Below, in pieces: positions 19,944 to 29,760 of a stretch of 64,000 nucleotides of DNA. The stretch spans positions 96,001 to 160,000 of the forward strand of contig JANRKS010000019.1 in assembly GCA_033763315.1 (NCBI GenBank), written 5' to 3'. The DNA is from Deltaproteobacteria bacterium. Its GTDB lineage: Bacteria; Myxococcota_A; Polyangia; Fen-1088. Position 1 is the stretch's first letter; each line of letters begins with the position of its first letter. A program made the position numbers and the translations under genes. A model generated the notes under the pieces. It was not told the origin of the DNA. It did no database searches and saw only the letters and a program-made list of their open reading frames with translations.

Positions 19944-19957
19944 ATGACCATAGTCAT
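19944..19957. promoter_or_regulatory. Palindromic operator candidate for the Phd-VapC operon
   Basis: ATGAC-CATA-GTCAT just upstream of the antitoxin ATG, next to a CATAAT -10-like hexamer on the minus strand. Confidence 0.5.
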
Positions 19958-20009
19958 TATGAACTTCGGCGCGGGTCAGATCAACGCACGGCCAAACGAA
20001 ATCGACCTG

Positions 20010-20070
20010 TGTCATAATGGCAACAGTGCACCGTTGGCACGCCTCCGTGTCAAATTGGCACGAGACACGC
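20010..20070 (+). promoter_or_regulatory. Cluster of TG(T/C)CA-N3-TGGCA sites, the last overlapping a sigma54-like GG-N10-GC element
   Basis: TGTCA-TAA-TGGCA 20010-20022, TGCAC-CGT-TGGCA 20027-20039, TGTCA-AAT-TGGCA 20048-20060; TGGCACGAGACACGC 20056-20070. Confidence 0.5.
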
Positions 20071-20156
20071 CTGTGATGCTCTTCCGGCCTAGCAAAAACG
20101 AACACTTGCGCCCTTCGTGGGACTGGCCTCCGACTTGAAGTGACGCTTACCGCCCC

Positions 20157-21581
20157 ATGCTTCCCAACTCCACCCCCGCCCCTGAACTTGTGAACGCCCC
20201 CACCGTGCTGGTCGTGGACGACGAGCCCGGCATCGTCGACTCGCTTCGCAAAGTGTTTGAGCGTGAGTCACTCAAGGTGGTGACGGCGCGCAACGGTGCC
20301 GAGGCGTTGGATGTGTTGCGGAAGACCTCGGTGGCCGTGATGTTGACCGACCTCATGATGCCGGGCATGTCGGGCCTCGATCTGCTGCGCGCCAGCCGGC
20401 AGATCTCGCCCGAGACCGAAACGGTTTTGATGACGGCGTATGGCACAGTGGAGAACGCCGTTGAGGCGATGAAGGATGGCGCTTATGACTTCGTGACCAA
20501 GCCCATCAAGCGCGCGCACATCACCCGTGCCGTGGCCAAGGCGCTTGAGAAGCAATCGCTGGTGCGTGAGAACCGATCGTTGCGCGAACAATTGGCGGCG
20601 CAGAAAAAGCACGAAGCCGTAGGGCAATCGCTTACGTGGCGTCGCACTTTGGAAACCGTGGCACAGGCGGCGCCATCCATGGCCACCGTGTTGTTGCTGG
20701 GTGAATCAGGCACCGGCAAAGAGTTATTGGCGCGCGCTATTCATCAAGGCTCACCCCGCGTGTCGGGCCCGTTTGTGCCTGTCAATTGCGCGGCCTTGCC
20801 CGAGTCGATTCTTGAAGCCGAGTTGTTTGGTTATGAGCGCGGGGCTTTCACCGGTGCCGTTCAACGCCAAGAAGGGCGGTTCGCGCAAGCCAACGGAGGC
20901 ACGCTTTTTCTCGACGAAATCGGCGAAATTCCCATCCACGTGCAAGTCAAGTTGCTGCGCGTCTTGCAGGAGGGCGAAGTTGAACGTCTGGGCGGCAAAA
21001 CCGTGAAAGTGGATCTGCGCTTGGTGGCCGCCACCAATCAAGATCTGCGGCTGGCCGTGCGCGAAGGGCGCTTTCGTGAAGATCTTTATTATCGCTTGAA
21101 CGTGATCCAGATCCGCTTGCCGCCGTTGCGTGATCGGCGCGACGACGTGCCACTTTTGGCCGAGCATTTCTTGCGGCTGTTCTCCGCGCGCAATGGCCGC
21201 CACGTGCACGGGTTCACTGGCGAAGCGTTGACGGCGATGGAACGTTATGACTGGCCCGGCAACGTGCGCGAATTGGAAAACGCGGTGGAGCGTGCCGTGG
21301 TGTTGGCGCGGGGCCAAATGGTGGGCGTGGACGACTTGCCACCGGAGGTGCGGGCGGGGGGCAATGGGGTGGTCACCGATGGCAAGACCATGGTGTTTCC
21401 CGTGGGCACACCGCTTGATGAGATTGAACGCCGCGTGATTCACACCACGCTGGTTCACTGTGGCGGGGACAAACGTTTGTGCGCCCAGATCCTGGGCATT
21501 GCCACGCGCACCATCTACCGCCGGCTCGAAGAAGAGCGTGGCCCCGAGCCCCGCGAACGCGACGTGGCCGACGAAGCCTGA
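20157..21581 (+). CDS. Sigma54-dependent response regulator (NtrC family: receiver, AAA+, HTH)
   Basis: [61 protein letters not shown]-terminal Fis-type HTH. Confidence 0.95.
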   Translation: MLPNSTPAPELVNAPTVLVVDDEPGIVDSLRKVFERESLKVVTARNGAEALDVLRKTSVAVMLTDLMMPGMSGLDLLRASRQISPETETVLMTAYGTVENAVEAMKDGAYDFVTKPIKRAHITRAVAKALEKQSLVRENRSLREQLAAQKKHEAVGQSLTWRRTLETVAQAAPSMATVLLLGESGTGKELLARAIHQGSPRVSGPFVPVNCAALPESILEAELFGYERGAFTGAVQRQEGRFAQANGGTLFLDEIGEIPIHVQVKLLRVLQEGEVERLGGKTVKVDLRLVAATNQDLRLAVREGRFREDLYYRLNVIQIRLPPLRDRRDDVPLLAEHFLRLFSARNGRHVHGFTGEALTAMERYDWPGNVRELENAVERAVVLARGQMVGVDDLPPEVRAGGNGVVTDGKTMVFPVGTPLDEIERRVIHTTLVHCGGDKRLCAQILGIATRTIYRRLEEERGPEPRERDVADEA

Positions 21582-21621
21582 GCGGCCGCTTTGGCGCTTT
21601 GGCAGGCGCCAGCGGCTTGGC

Positions 21622-21634
21622 TGCCAAAATGGCA
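21622..21634. promoter_or_regulatory. Candidate upstream activator sequence of the gsp operon
   Basis: Perfect palindrome TGCCA-AAA-TGGCA about 80 bp upstream of the -24 element. Confidence 0.6.
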
Positions 21635-21668
21635 CAAAAGGATGGTTTTGTAGGCCGCTGCCAGCTCG

Positions 21669-21681
21669 TAAGTGCTTGATT
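21669..21681 (-). promoter_or_regulatory. IHF binding site
   Basis: Reverse complement AATCAAGCACTTA fits WATCAANNNNTTR exactly; lies between the UAS and the sigma54 promoter. Confidence 0.65.
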
Positions 21682-21708
21682 TTCTTGCGCCTGTGGACCT
21701 GACCTGGG

Positions 21709-21724
21709 TGGCCTCCAGATTGCT
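21709..21724 (+). promoter_or_regulatory. Sigma54 (-24/-12) promoter of the gsp operon
   Basis: TGGCCTCCAGATTGCT (GG-N10-GC with TTGC), followed by a GAGGAG RBS and the GTG start at 21741. Confidence 0.72.
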
Positions 21725-21740
21725 GCTGTGAGGAGTTGGA

Positions 21741-22685
21741 GTGGAATCGCTTCTACGCAAATATTTATGGGTGCTCGACCTGGCGGTGGCCGGGGTGTGC
21801 GCTTTGTTCTTGGCCCGCGCCACGGCCAGCTTGGCTGAGTCGCAGCTCATCGAGAACACGCCGCCTCGCACGTCGACGTCCTCTGGATTCGGGAGCAAGC
21901 CTGTCGTGGCTTACTCGAAAGAGTTCAAGGACATCGTCGATCGCTACGTGTTTTGTTCCGATTGTCCGCCCCTGGTCGACGAAGTGATCAAAGCGCCTGA
22001 TGCGCCCGCCGATCCCAACGCGGCCGACGCCGAAGCGCAAAAGACAACGATGCCCCTCACCGTGATGGCGATCATGTACGCGCCGCCGCCCATGGGCATT
22101 CGCTATTCGTTGGCCGTGCTGAAGGACACTGAAACCTTGGTACAAGGCGCCTTCTCGGTGGGCGACAAAATTCGCGACGCCAAGATCATCGGCATCGACG
22201 AAACGCGCATTCATTTCGACAACAAGGGCCGGCGTGAATTCCTGGATATGTTTGCGCCCCCCGAACCGCCGCCTTCAGCCACGGTGGCCGTCGCGCCAAC
22301 GGAAAAACCATCGCCGGGCGACGAGCTTTCGAAGGAGCTTGCCAACGGCCTCAAGAAGACGGGCGAGAACACGTACGAGCTGCAACGAAGCACGCTTGAT
22401 TCTGTGTTGGGCAACATGGGCCTGCTGTCTCGCTCGGCGCGCATCGTGCCTGAAATTCGTGACGGCAAATCCGGTGGCTTTCGCCTTTATGCCGTGCGAC
22501 CCGAAGGGCCGTTCGCGCTCATAGGCATGCAGAACGGCGACGTGCTTTACGCCATCAATGGTTTGGAAATGACGAGCCCCGAAAAGGCTCTCGAGGTTTA
22601 TTCAAAGCTTAAATCCGCGCGCCACTTGTCCGTGAGTCTCGAGCGCAACGGTCAGAAGATTACGAAGGAATATACGATCCGATGA
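21741..22685 (+). CDS. gspC: Type II secretion protein C (with PDZ domain)
   Basis: N-terminal TM, HR domain, ARIVP..DGK..GFRL, IGMQNGDVLYAING PDZ; first gene of the gsp cluster. Confidence 0.9.
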   Translation: MESLLRKYLWVLDLAVAGVCALFLARATASLAESQLIENTPPRTSTSSGFGSKPVVAYSKEFKDIVDRYVFCSDCPPLVDEVIKAPDAPADPNAADAEAQKTTMPLTVMAIMYAPPPMGIRYSLAVLKDTETLVQGAFSVGDKIRDAKIIGIDETRIHFDNKGRREFLDMFAPPEPPPSATVAVAPTEKPSPGDELSKELANGLKKTGENTYELQRSTLDSVLGNMGLLSRSARIVPEIRDGKSGGFRLYAVRPEGPFALIGMQNGDVLYAINGLEMTSPEKALEVYSKLKSARHLSVSLERNGQKITKEYTIR

Positions 22686-25429
22686 AGCCCCTTTTTAGCC
22701 CCAAAAAAGCGTGCTTGGTTTGCTACCTCTGCGTCGCCGTTGCCTTTGCACCCGCCGCCGCTTATGCACAACCGCCGGCCCCCGAAGCGGCTGCCCCTGC
22801 CGACGCGGCGAAACCCAAAGCAGCGAATCCCATCTCGGCGGCCGTGCGCAAAATGCGTCGCGCCGCGCCTGTGAAGGCGGCGCCACCTGTGGCAGCACCG
22901 CCTGTGGCTGCGCCCGACGTGCCGCCCGTGGCTGCGCCGCCGCCGCCGGCTCCACCGCCTGCCGCCGCTGTGGCTCCCGCACCCGCTGCGGGTCCAGGTG
23001 TGGTGGAACTTCCGGGCGAAAAGGAGTTCAACTCATGCAAGAAGTTGCCTGAAAAGCGCATCGTTAAGCTGAACCTCAAACCCGACACGGAATTAAGCGA
23101 GCTCATCGGCTGGATCTCCAGCATCACGTGCACGCAGTTCCTGATTCCCAGCACCACGAACATTCAGGGCAAAAAGCTCACGATCATTTCCCCGCAGTTG
23201 ATCACGCCGCGCGAAGCTTATCGCTTGTTCTTGTCTGCGATCGAATCTGTGGGGCTCACGGTGGAGCCTTCCGACCGCTTCTTGCGCATCATCGAAACCA
23301 ACCGCGCGCGCTTTACGCAGCTGCCGTTTTTGGCGGATGGCGAGCCCATTCCTTCGGATAGGCGCTACGTCACACGCATGGTGCGCTTGCAGCACCTGGA
23401 CGCCGCCGACGTCACGCAGAACGTGTTGCAACGACTCAAAGGCGAGCAGGGCGACATCATCGCTTACCAAGGAGATACGCTCATCATCACTGATCAAGCG
23501 GCCATGATCCGCAAGATGGTGGAGGTGCTTGAAAAGTTGGATCAACCGCGCAACACGGATGAACGCATCTGGATGGTGTACGTGCGCAACACCACAGCGG
23601 TTGAGATGGCGCAGCGCCTGGCCGAGATCTTCAACGTCGATTTTGTGGGCCAAGGCTCATTCAAGGCGGGCAAAACAGGTGGCGCGCCCACACCTCGGCC
23701 CGCGCCCGCCGCGAAGCCCGCCAAGGGTCCGATGATCGGCGACATGCCCGAGCTGCAAGAGCAAATGTCGATCAGCCGCTTGTTGCCCATCGACCGCACG
23801 AACCAGTTGATCGTGGTGGCGAAGCCGCTGGCCTATGAATGGCTCAAGGTGATGATTAGCCGGCTGGACGTGCCCCTTGATCGCGACGGCGATGGCCGCG
23901 TGCACATGTATTACTGTAAATACGCGAACTGCGATGAGCTCGCGGTGACCCTGGGAGCGGTGACGGGCGTGCCTGTGACCATCCAATCGGCGGGCCGCAC
24001 CACGGGTGGTGGCAACCGGTCAACGCCTCCAGCCGCTGCACCTCGCCCGGCGAATGCAAATGGCCAACAGCAAGAGATGCAGTTGTTTGAAGGCGATGTG
24101 CGCATCAACTTTGACCGGCCCACCAATGCCTTGGTGATTATGTCTTCGCTCAAGGATTACCAGCAGCTGCGCAAAGTGATCGAGAAGCTGGATTCGCCGC
24201 GCAAGCAGGTGTTCATCGAAGCGCTCATCATGGAAGTGCTGTTGGACAAGACGCGAGAACTGGGCGCCGCGTTTCACGGTGGCGCGCCTGTCAGCACAGG
24301 TGGCAGCGACAAAAGCCTATTGATCGGTGGCTTCCGCGCGGCTTCCACTTTGCAGCCTACAAGCTTGCTGGCATCGGGCCTCGGCGGGTTGGGTGGCGGT
24401 TTGTTCGGGCCCACATTTGATCCAGAACAGGTGCGCATCTTTGGCTCCAGCGCCGACATCCCGTCATTCGGCGTGTTTTTGCAGGCGTTGCAGCGCAACA
24501 ACGACGTCAACGTGTTGTCCAACCCCTACATCATCATCACCAACAACGACGAAGGTGAACTGTCGGTGGGTCAACAGCTCCCATTCCCCGGCAGCACCTT
24601 TGGCGCGGGCGTGGGGGGGGCTGGTCTTCCAGGCGCGGCCGGTGGCCTTTTGGGCGGCTTCGGTGTGCCTGTGAACCGCACGAAGGTGGCTTTGAGCCTC
24701 AAGCTGGTGCCTTCGGTGAACGAGCACAACATGATCCGCATGGAGGTGGAACAGAAGATCGAAGACATCCTGTCGGAGAACTTCAACAACCTTGGGCCCG
24801 CCACTTCGTTGCGAGAAGCGAAGACCACTGTGGTGACGCGTGATCAACAAACGGTTCTGATTGGCGGCTTGATGTCAGACCGCACGAGCGAAAGCGTGAC
24901 GAAGGTGCCAATCTTGGGTGACATTCCCATTTTGGGCTTCTTCTTCCGCAACAACACCAAGCGCAAGCAGAAGAGCAACATCATCATCGCGCTCACGCCG
25001 TACGTGATTTCGGAGCCCAGCGATCTGCGCCGCATCGCCGAGAAGAAGATGCGCGAACGCCGCGAGTTCATCGAACGCTTCACGGCGTTTCAAGACACGG
25101 CAGCGCTTGAATCCGATGTGGACTACAGCAAGAAGCGCGGCTTGTTGGAAGAGATCAACCGCAGCGTGCGCGAGATCGAAGGCGAAGAATCTGAGATGCG
25201 CGAGATTCGCGATCGCGATGCTCAAGATCGCGAAGTGCCCATCGAACCTCCGATGGCAGTCAAGTGGGGGCAACCGGGGTCGCGGCCGGCGCGTGCCACG
25301 ACGATCATGAGTCCGGCGCCCGCGGCGGGCGAAGCGGCGCCACAGTCGGCGCCGCCACCTGTCGCCCCGACGCCCGAAGCGCAACCGGCGCCGCCCCCTG
25401 GTGCGGCGCCTCCTCCCCCGGTGCAATGA
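22682..25429 (+). CDS. gspD: Type II secretion secretin D
   Basis: N0-N3 domains, LDSPRKQVFIEALIMEV, NVLSNP, QTVLIGGL, KVPILGDIPILGFFF; Pro/Ala-rich termini. Confidence 0.95.
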   Translation: MKPLFSPKKACLVCYLCVAVAFAPAAAYAQPPAPEAAAPADAAKPKAANPISAAVRKMRRAAPVKAAPPVAAPPVAAPDVPPVAAPPPPAPPPAAAVAPAPAAGPGVVELPGEKEFNSCKKLPEKRIVKLNLKPDTELSELIGWISSITCTQFLIPSTTNIQGKKLTIISPQLITPREAYRLFLSAIESVGLTVEPSDRFLRIIETNRARFTQLPFLADGEPIPSDRRYVTRMVRLQHLDAADVTQNVLQRLKGEQGDIIAYQGDTLIITDQAAMIRKMVEVLEKLDQPRNTDERIWMVYVRNTTAVEMAQRLAEIFNVDFVGQGSFKAGKTGGAPTPRPAPAAKPAKGPMIGDMPELQEQMSISRLLPIDRTNQLIVVAKPLAYEWLKVMISRLDVPLDRDGDGRVHMYYCKYANCDELAVTLGAVTGVPVTIQSAGRTTGGGNRSTPPAAAPRPANANGQQQEMQLFEGDVRINFDRPTNALVIMSSLKDYQQLRKVIEKLDSPRKQVFIEALIMEVLLDKTRELGAAFHGGAPVSTGGSDKSLLIGGFRAASTLQPTSLLASGLGGLGGGLFGPTFDPEQVRIFGSSADIPSFGVFLQALQRNNDVNVLSNPYIIITNNDEGELSVGQQLPFPGSTFGAGVGGAGLPGAAGGLLGGFGVPVNRTKVALSLKLVPSVNEHNMIRMEVEQKIEDILSENFNNLGPATSLREAKTTVVTRDQQTVLIGGLMSDRTSESVTKVPILGDIPILGFFFRNNTKRKQKSNIIIALTPYVISEPSDLRRIAEKKMRERREFIERFTAFQDTAALESDVDYSKKRGLLEEINRSVREIEGEESEMREIRDRDAQDREVPIEPPMAVKWGQPGSRPARATTIMSPAPAAGEAAPQSAPPPVAPTPEAQPAPPPGAAPPPPVQ

Positions 25430-25448
25430 ACGAACGCGGAGTTTTCCT

Positions 25449-27197
25449 GTGCGGCAACGATTGATTGGCGAAATTCTGGTGGCGGCGGGCAAATGCAAGC
25501 CGGATCAGATCACTTCGGCGCTGGAATCCCAAAGCGCCGAAGGGCTGCGCCTGGGCGAACTTCTGGTCAGGCAAAAAGCCGCCGACGAGGTGGACGTTCT
25601 GCGCGCGCTCGGCGAGCAACTTGGCTTGCCGTTTTGGGACAAGCTGGGCACCGATCAGATCGACAACGCCTTGGCGACGAAGCTGCCCATTGGTTTTTTG
25701 CGCCAACACAAACTGCTGCCAATTCGGGCCGAAGGCGACACCGTGTGGGTGGCCATGGGCGATCCGCTGGATGTGTTTGCGCTTGATGATGTGCGCAGCA
25801 TGCTGGCCCAGGATGTAACGCCGGTCATTGTGCAACCTTCGCGCGTGATCGACGCCATCAACCACGTGTATGGCCAGAACCAAGACACGGGTAACTTGGG
25901 CGATGGGGAAGAGGAGATGGAGGGCGAGGGCGAGGAGCTGGTTGACATCCTCGACATCAACGACGAAGCCCCCATCATTCGTTGGGTAAACTCGCTGTTG
26001 TTCAACGCTGTGAAGCAGCGGGCGAGCGACATTCACATTGAGCCGGGCGAAAAAGAGATCGTGGTGCGTTACCGCATCGACGGTGTGTTGCACGAGGTTC
26101 GCCGCGCGGCCAAGCAGTTCATTCCCTCGATCATCTCGCGCGTGAAGATCATGGCGGGTTTGAACATCGCAGAGAAGCGCCTGCCGCAGGACGGCCGCAT
26201 CCGGCGCCGCATTGCTGGCAAAGACATCGACATGCGCGTGGCCACGGCCCCCACCGTGCGCGGTGGCGAGCGCATCACAATTCGTTTGCTTGATCGCGAC
26301 AACGTGCTTCACGACTTGGCCGACATCGGCTTTGGGCACGACCACTTGGCGTTGATCAACGATCTCATCAACCGTCCGCACGGAATCATGTTGGTCACAG
26401 GCCCCACCGGCTCCGGTAAGACCACCACGCTTTACGCCTGTTTGGCCAAGATCAATTCCCCGGATTTGAACATCCTCACGGTTGAAGATCCAGTCGAGTA
26501 CCAGCTTGACGGCATCAGCCAGGTGGCGGTGAACGACAAGATCGATCTGACTTTCTCGGCCGGGTTGCGCTCGTTCTTGCGTCACGATCCGGATGTCATC
26601 ATGGTGGGCGAAATCCGCGATTTGCCCACGGCTGAAATTGCCATTCAGGCGTCGCTTACGGGCCACTTGGTGCTTTCCACCATCCACACGAACGACGCCG
26701 CGGGCGGCATCACACGTTTGGTGGATTTGGGCGTGCAGCCGTTCTTGGTGGCTTCGTCGTTGATGGCGCTGTTGGCGCAACGTTTGGTGCGCCGCTTGTG
26801 CATGGATTGCCGCGAGCTTTACACGCCCAGCACCGAAGACTTGGTTGAAGTGGGCATCGATCCCGACACGTTCCGCGCAGGCACCGCCAAGTACGTGCGG
26901 TTTAAGAACGAACCCGCGCCTCCTCCCCCTGGCATGTTGTACCGCGCCCACGAAGGTGGCTGCACCACGTGCTTGGGCGCAGGCTATAAGGGCCGAAGCG
27001 CCATTTATGAGTTGTTGTTGCTCGATGAGACGGTTCGTCAGATGACGATCAAGAACGTCGACGCGCAGAACATCAAGAAGTATGCGCAGCAGAAATTGAA
27101 GATGCGCACGCTGCGCGAAGACGGCGGCCAAAAAGTGATGGCCGGCATGACGTCGGTGGCTGAAGTGCTGATGATCACCGCGGAGGACGCGCAGTAA
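25449..27197 (+). CDS. gspE: Type II secretion ATPase E
   Basis: ASDIHIEP, EKRLPQDGR, GPTGSGKTTTLY, EDPVEY, LRHDPDVIMVGEIRD, TGHLVLSTIHTN, CxxC...CxxC; GTG start after GGAG. Confidence 0.96.
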   Translation: MRQRLIGEILVAAGKCKPDQITSALESQSAEGLRLGELLVRQKAADEVDVLRALGEQLGLPFWDKLGTDQIDNALATKLPIGFLRQHKLLPIRAEGDTVWVAMGDPLDVFALDDVRSMLAQDVTPVIVQPSRVIDAINHVYGQNQDTGNLGDGEEEMEGEGEELVDILDINDEAPIIRWVNSLLFNAVKQRASDIHIEPGEKEIVVRYRIDGVLHEVRRAAKQFIPSIISRVKIMAGLNIAEKRLPQDGRIRRRIAGKDIDMRVATAPTVRGGERITIRLLDRDNVLHDLADIGFGHDHLALINDLINRPHGIMLVTGPTGSGKTTTLYACLAKINSPDLNILTVEDPVEYQLDGISQVAVNDKIDLTFSAGLRSFLRHDPDVIMVGEIRDLPTAEIAIQASLTGHLVLSTIHTNDAAGGITRLVDLGVQPFLVASSLMALLAQRLVRRLCMDCRELYTPSTEDLVEVGIDPDTFRAGTAKYVRFKNEPAPPPPGMLYRAHEGGCTTCLGAGYKGRSAIYELLLLDETVRQMTIKNVDAQNIKKYAQQKLKMRTLREDGGQKVMAGMTSVAEVLMITAEDAQ

Positions 27198-27209
27198 CGC
27201 GTACGCTGC

Positions 27210-28475
27210 ATGCCGCTGTATGCATTTAAAGGGGTAGGGGCTTCGGGCAAAACCGTCAGCGGCACACGCGAGGCGGATGGGCCGAAGAACCTGCGGCAGG
27301 TGCTCAAGCGCGAGTCGGTGTTTATCACCGAAATGCGCGAAGTGCAGGGGCGCGAAAAACAAGGCGGCCGGCAAGCGGCGGGCGGCGGCACCAAACAAAG
27401 CGGCCTCAAGAAGGACATCGACTTTAAGGGCCTGTTCGAAACCATCCGGCCCGCCGATGTGGCGATCTTCACCCGCCAGTTGGCCACGCTGTTGCGCGCC
27501 GGCATTCCCTTGGCCGAAGCGCTGGCCGCGTTGTCGGAGCAATCGGACAACAAGAAGCTGCAGATGGTGTTGGCGGAGTTGCGCCAACGGGTCAATGAAG
27601 GTGAAGCGCTGGCGAAGGCCTTGGAAGTGCACCCTCGCGTGTTTCCAGACCTTTACGTGAACATGGTGCGCTCGGGCGAAACGGCCGGCAACTTGGACGT
27701 GGTGCTGCTGCGTTTGGCTGACTTCATGGAAACGCAGAACGCCTTGCGAGCCAAAGTGTCGGGCGCCATGACGTATCCCATCATCATGATGGTGATGGGA
27801 TCACTTGTGATGGGCATCCTGATGGTGGTTGTGGTGCCCCAGATCACGGAGATCTTTGCCGACTCACAACGCGCGTTGCCGTTTAACACGCAGATCCTGA
27901 TCGGCGTGTCGAGTTTGGTGGGTGGCTGGTGGTTCATCTTGCTGCCTGCGATCGTGGGTGCCGTGATCATGGTTCGCCGCTGGATGCGCACGCCGAAGGG
28001 GCGCGGCAAGGTGGATCGCTGGTTGTTGAAGACGCCTGTGGTGGGGCCTTTGGTGCGCTTCTTGGCGGTGGCACGTTTTGCGCGCACGCTGGCCACGATG
28101 TTGGCGTCGGGCGTGCCCGTGTTGACGGCGCTCGACATCGTCAAACGCGTTCTGAACAACACGGTGCTTGAGAAAGTTGTTGAAGAGGCCCGCGATTCGA
28201 TTCGCGAGGGTGAATCGGTGGCGGCGCCGCTCAAGCGGTCGGGGCAGTTCCCTTCGATGATGTGCCACATGGTGGCCGTGGGGGAACGTTCGGGCGAGCT
28301 GGAAACCATGCTGGAACACGTGGCCGATGCCTACGAGCGCGACGTCGAATCAAAAGTGGCACGTCTTACGGCGCTGCTTTCGCCGCTGATGATTGTGGTG
28401 ATGGCCGTGGGCGTGGGCTTCATTGTGTTTTCGATTATTCAACCCATTTTGGACCTGCAGCAGTTCGTGCAATGA
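27210..28475 (+). CDS. gspF: Type II secretion inner-membrane platform protein F
   Basis: FTRQLATLLRAGIPL, NMVRSGETAGNL, AMTYP, AVGERSGELE. Confidence 0.95.
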   Translation: MPLYAFKGVGASGKTVSGTREADGPKNLRQVLKRESVFITEMREVQGREKQGGRQAAGGGTKQSGLKKDIDFKGLFETIRPADVAIFTRQLATLLRAGIPLAEALAALSEQSDNKKLQMVLAELRQRVNEGEALAKALEVHPRVFPDLYVNMVRSGETAGNLDVVLLRLADFMETQNALRAKVSGAMTYPIIMMVMGSLVMGILMVVVVPQITEIFADSQRALPFNTQILIGVSSLVGGWWFILLPAIVGAVIMVRRWMRTPKGRGKVDRWLLKTPVVGPLVRFLAVARFARTLATMLASGVPVLTALDIVKRVLNNTVLEKVVEEARDSIREGESVAAPLKRSGQFPSMMCHMVAVGERSGELETMLEHVADAYERDVESKVARLTALLSPLMIVVMAVGVGFIVFSIIQPILDLQQFVQ

Positions 28476-28500
28476 AACGACTTCGAGAGGAGTTAAGAAA

Positions 28501-28974
28501 ATGATGACTAAGTTAGCGAATGAGCCCTTATCAACCACCAATGGTTTTCTGGCCAGACTGCGGGCGGCAGCGATGCGGCGCCACAGCTTACGCGACTTGC
28601 GTAAGGCAGACGCGGGCATGACGCTGCTGGAGGTTTTGATCGTGTTGGCGTTGATCAGCTTGATCGCCGGCGCGATCGGCGTGACGGTGTTTGCCAACTT
28701 CAAGCGCGGCCAAATCAAGACGGCGAAGTTGATGGTGAACGAGGTGCGCGGTGCCGTTCAGCAGTACATGAGCGACAACAGCGGTGATTGTCCCCCGAAC
28801 ATCGAAGAGCTGGTGAATCAGAAATTCCTGAAGAAGAGCAGCACCAAGGACCCATGGGGCAAGCCATTCACCCTCAAGTGCCCCGGCGAGCAAGATTCTG
28901 ACGGGGTTGACATCACATCGCCGGGGCCCGACAAGCAAGAAGGCACCGAAGACGACATCCTGTCGTGGAAGTAG
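28501..28974 (+). CDS. gspG: Major pseudopilin G
   Basis: G-MTLLEVLIV prepilin site; KDPWGKPF, SPGPDKQEGTEDDI. Confidence 0.9.
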   Translation: MMTKLANEPLSTTNGFLARLRAAAMRRHSLRDLRKADAGMTLLEVLIVLALISLIAGAIGVTVFANFKRGQIKTAKLMVNEVRGAVQQYMSDNSGDCPPNIEELVNQKFLKKSSTKDPWGKPFTLKCPGEQDSDGVDITSPGPDKQEGTEDDILSWK

Positions 28975-28983
28975 TTCCTGGTC

Positions 28984-29760
28984 ATGCCCGGGCCACGCCG
29001 CGCCCCTGACAAGGGGTTCACTCTCATCGAGGTGCTGGTGGTGCTTGCACTGCTGGCCCTGGTGGCGGGGTCTATGGTCCGCGGTATCAAATCGTTGTGG
29101 AAAAGCGATCTGAAGAGCGAGTCGGCGCACCTGGCGGGGGCGATGCGCTACATCTTCGATCGCGCCTCCACCACAGGCAAAGTTCACCGTTTGGTGTTTG
29201 ATCTGGATGCGGGCAAGTATTGGGCCGAGGTATCGGACGATAAGTATTTCCTTCCCGGCGACAAAGAAACCGCCGAATCGCGGATCGAAGATTGGAAGCG
29301 CGCGCAGAAGGAAACCGAAGCGCGCCAGCGGGGCGAGCTGCCACCCGAAGACGCCCCGAAACCATCAGGAGGTGGCCTGGGCTTTGGCTTCGGCAGCTCC
29401 GCTGGGAGCAACAGCTACGACGTCGAGAAGTATTTGCCAAAGCCCTTTGAGCGTAAGCGCGCGCGGTTTAAGGCTTTCAAGGAAACAGGCCTCAAGCCCG
29501 TCAGCCTGAAGAAGGTGAAGCTGGGCGGCGTTTATACACCGCGGATGGCGGACCCGGTTTACGAAGGGCAAACGTACGTCTACTTCTTTCCGCTTGGGTT
29601 CGCGGAAGCCGCCATCGTCTATGTGCAAGACGAAGACAAGGAGTCGACGTTTTCGCTGGTGGTGCACCCGCTCACGGGGCGCGTGAAGGTTTACAACAAA
29701 CAGATCGAGCCGCCGCTCGACAAGCAGTACGACGACGCTGGCGAAGTGGTGAACCAATGA
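28984..29760 (+). CDS. gspH: Minor pseudopilin H
   Basis: G-FTLIEVLVV; position in the operon. Confidence 0.82.
   Translation: MPGPRRAPDKGFTLIEVLVVLALLALVAGSMVRGIKSLWKSDLKSESAHLAGAMRYIFDRASTTGKVHRLVFDLDAGKYWAEVSDDKYFLPGDKETAESRIEDWKRAQKETEARQRGELPPEDAPKPSGGGLGFGFGSSAGSNSYDVEKYLPKPFERKRARFKAFKETGLKPVSLKKVKLGGVYTPRMADPVYEGQTYVYFFPLGFAEAAIVYVQDEDKESTFSLVVHPLTGRVKVYNKQIEPPLDKQYDDAGEVVNQ

Noticed and set aside
25305-27632. 775 aa minus-strand ORF
   Set aside because: Antisense shadow of gspE/gspF; no motifs
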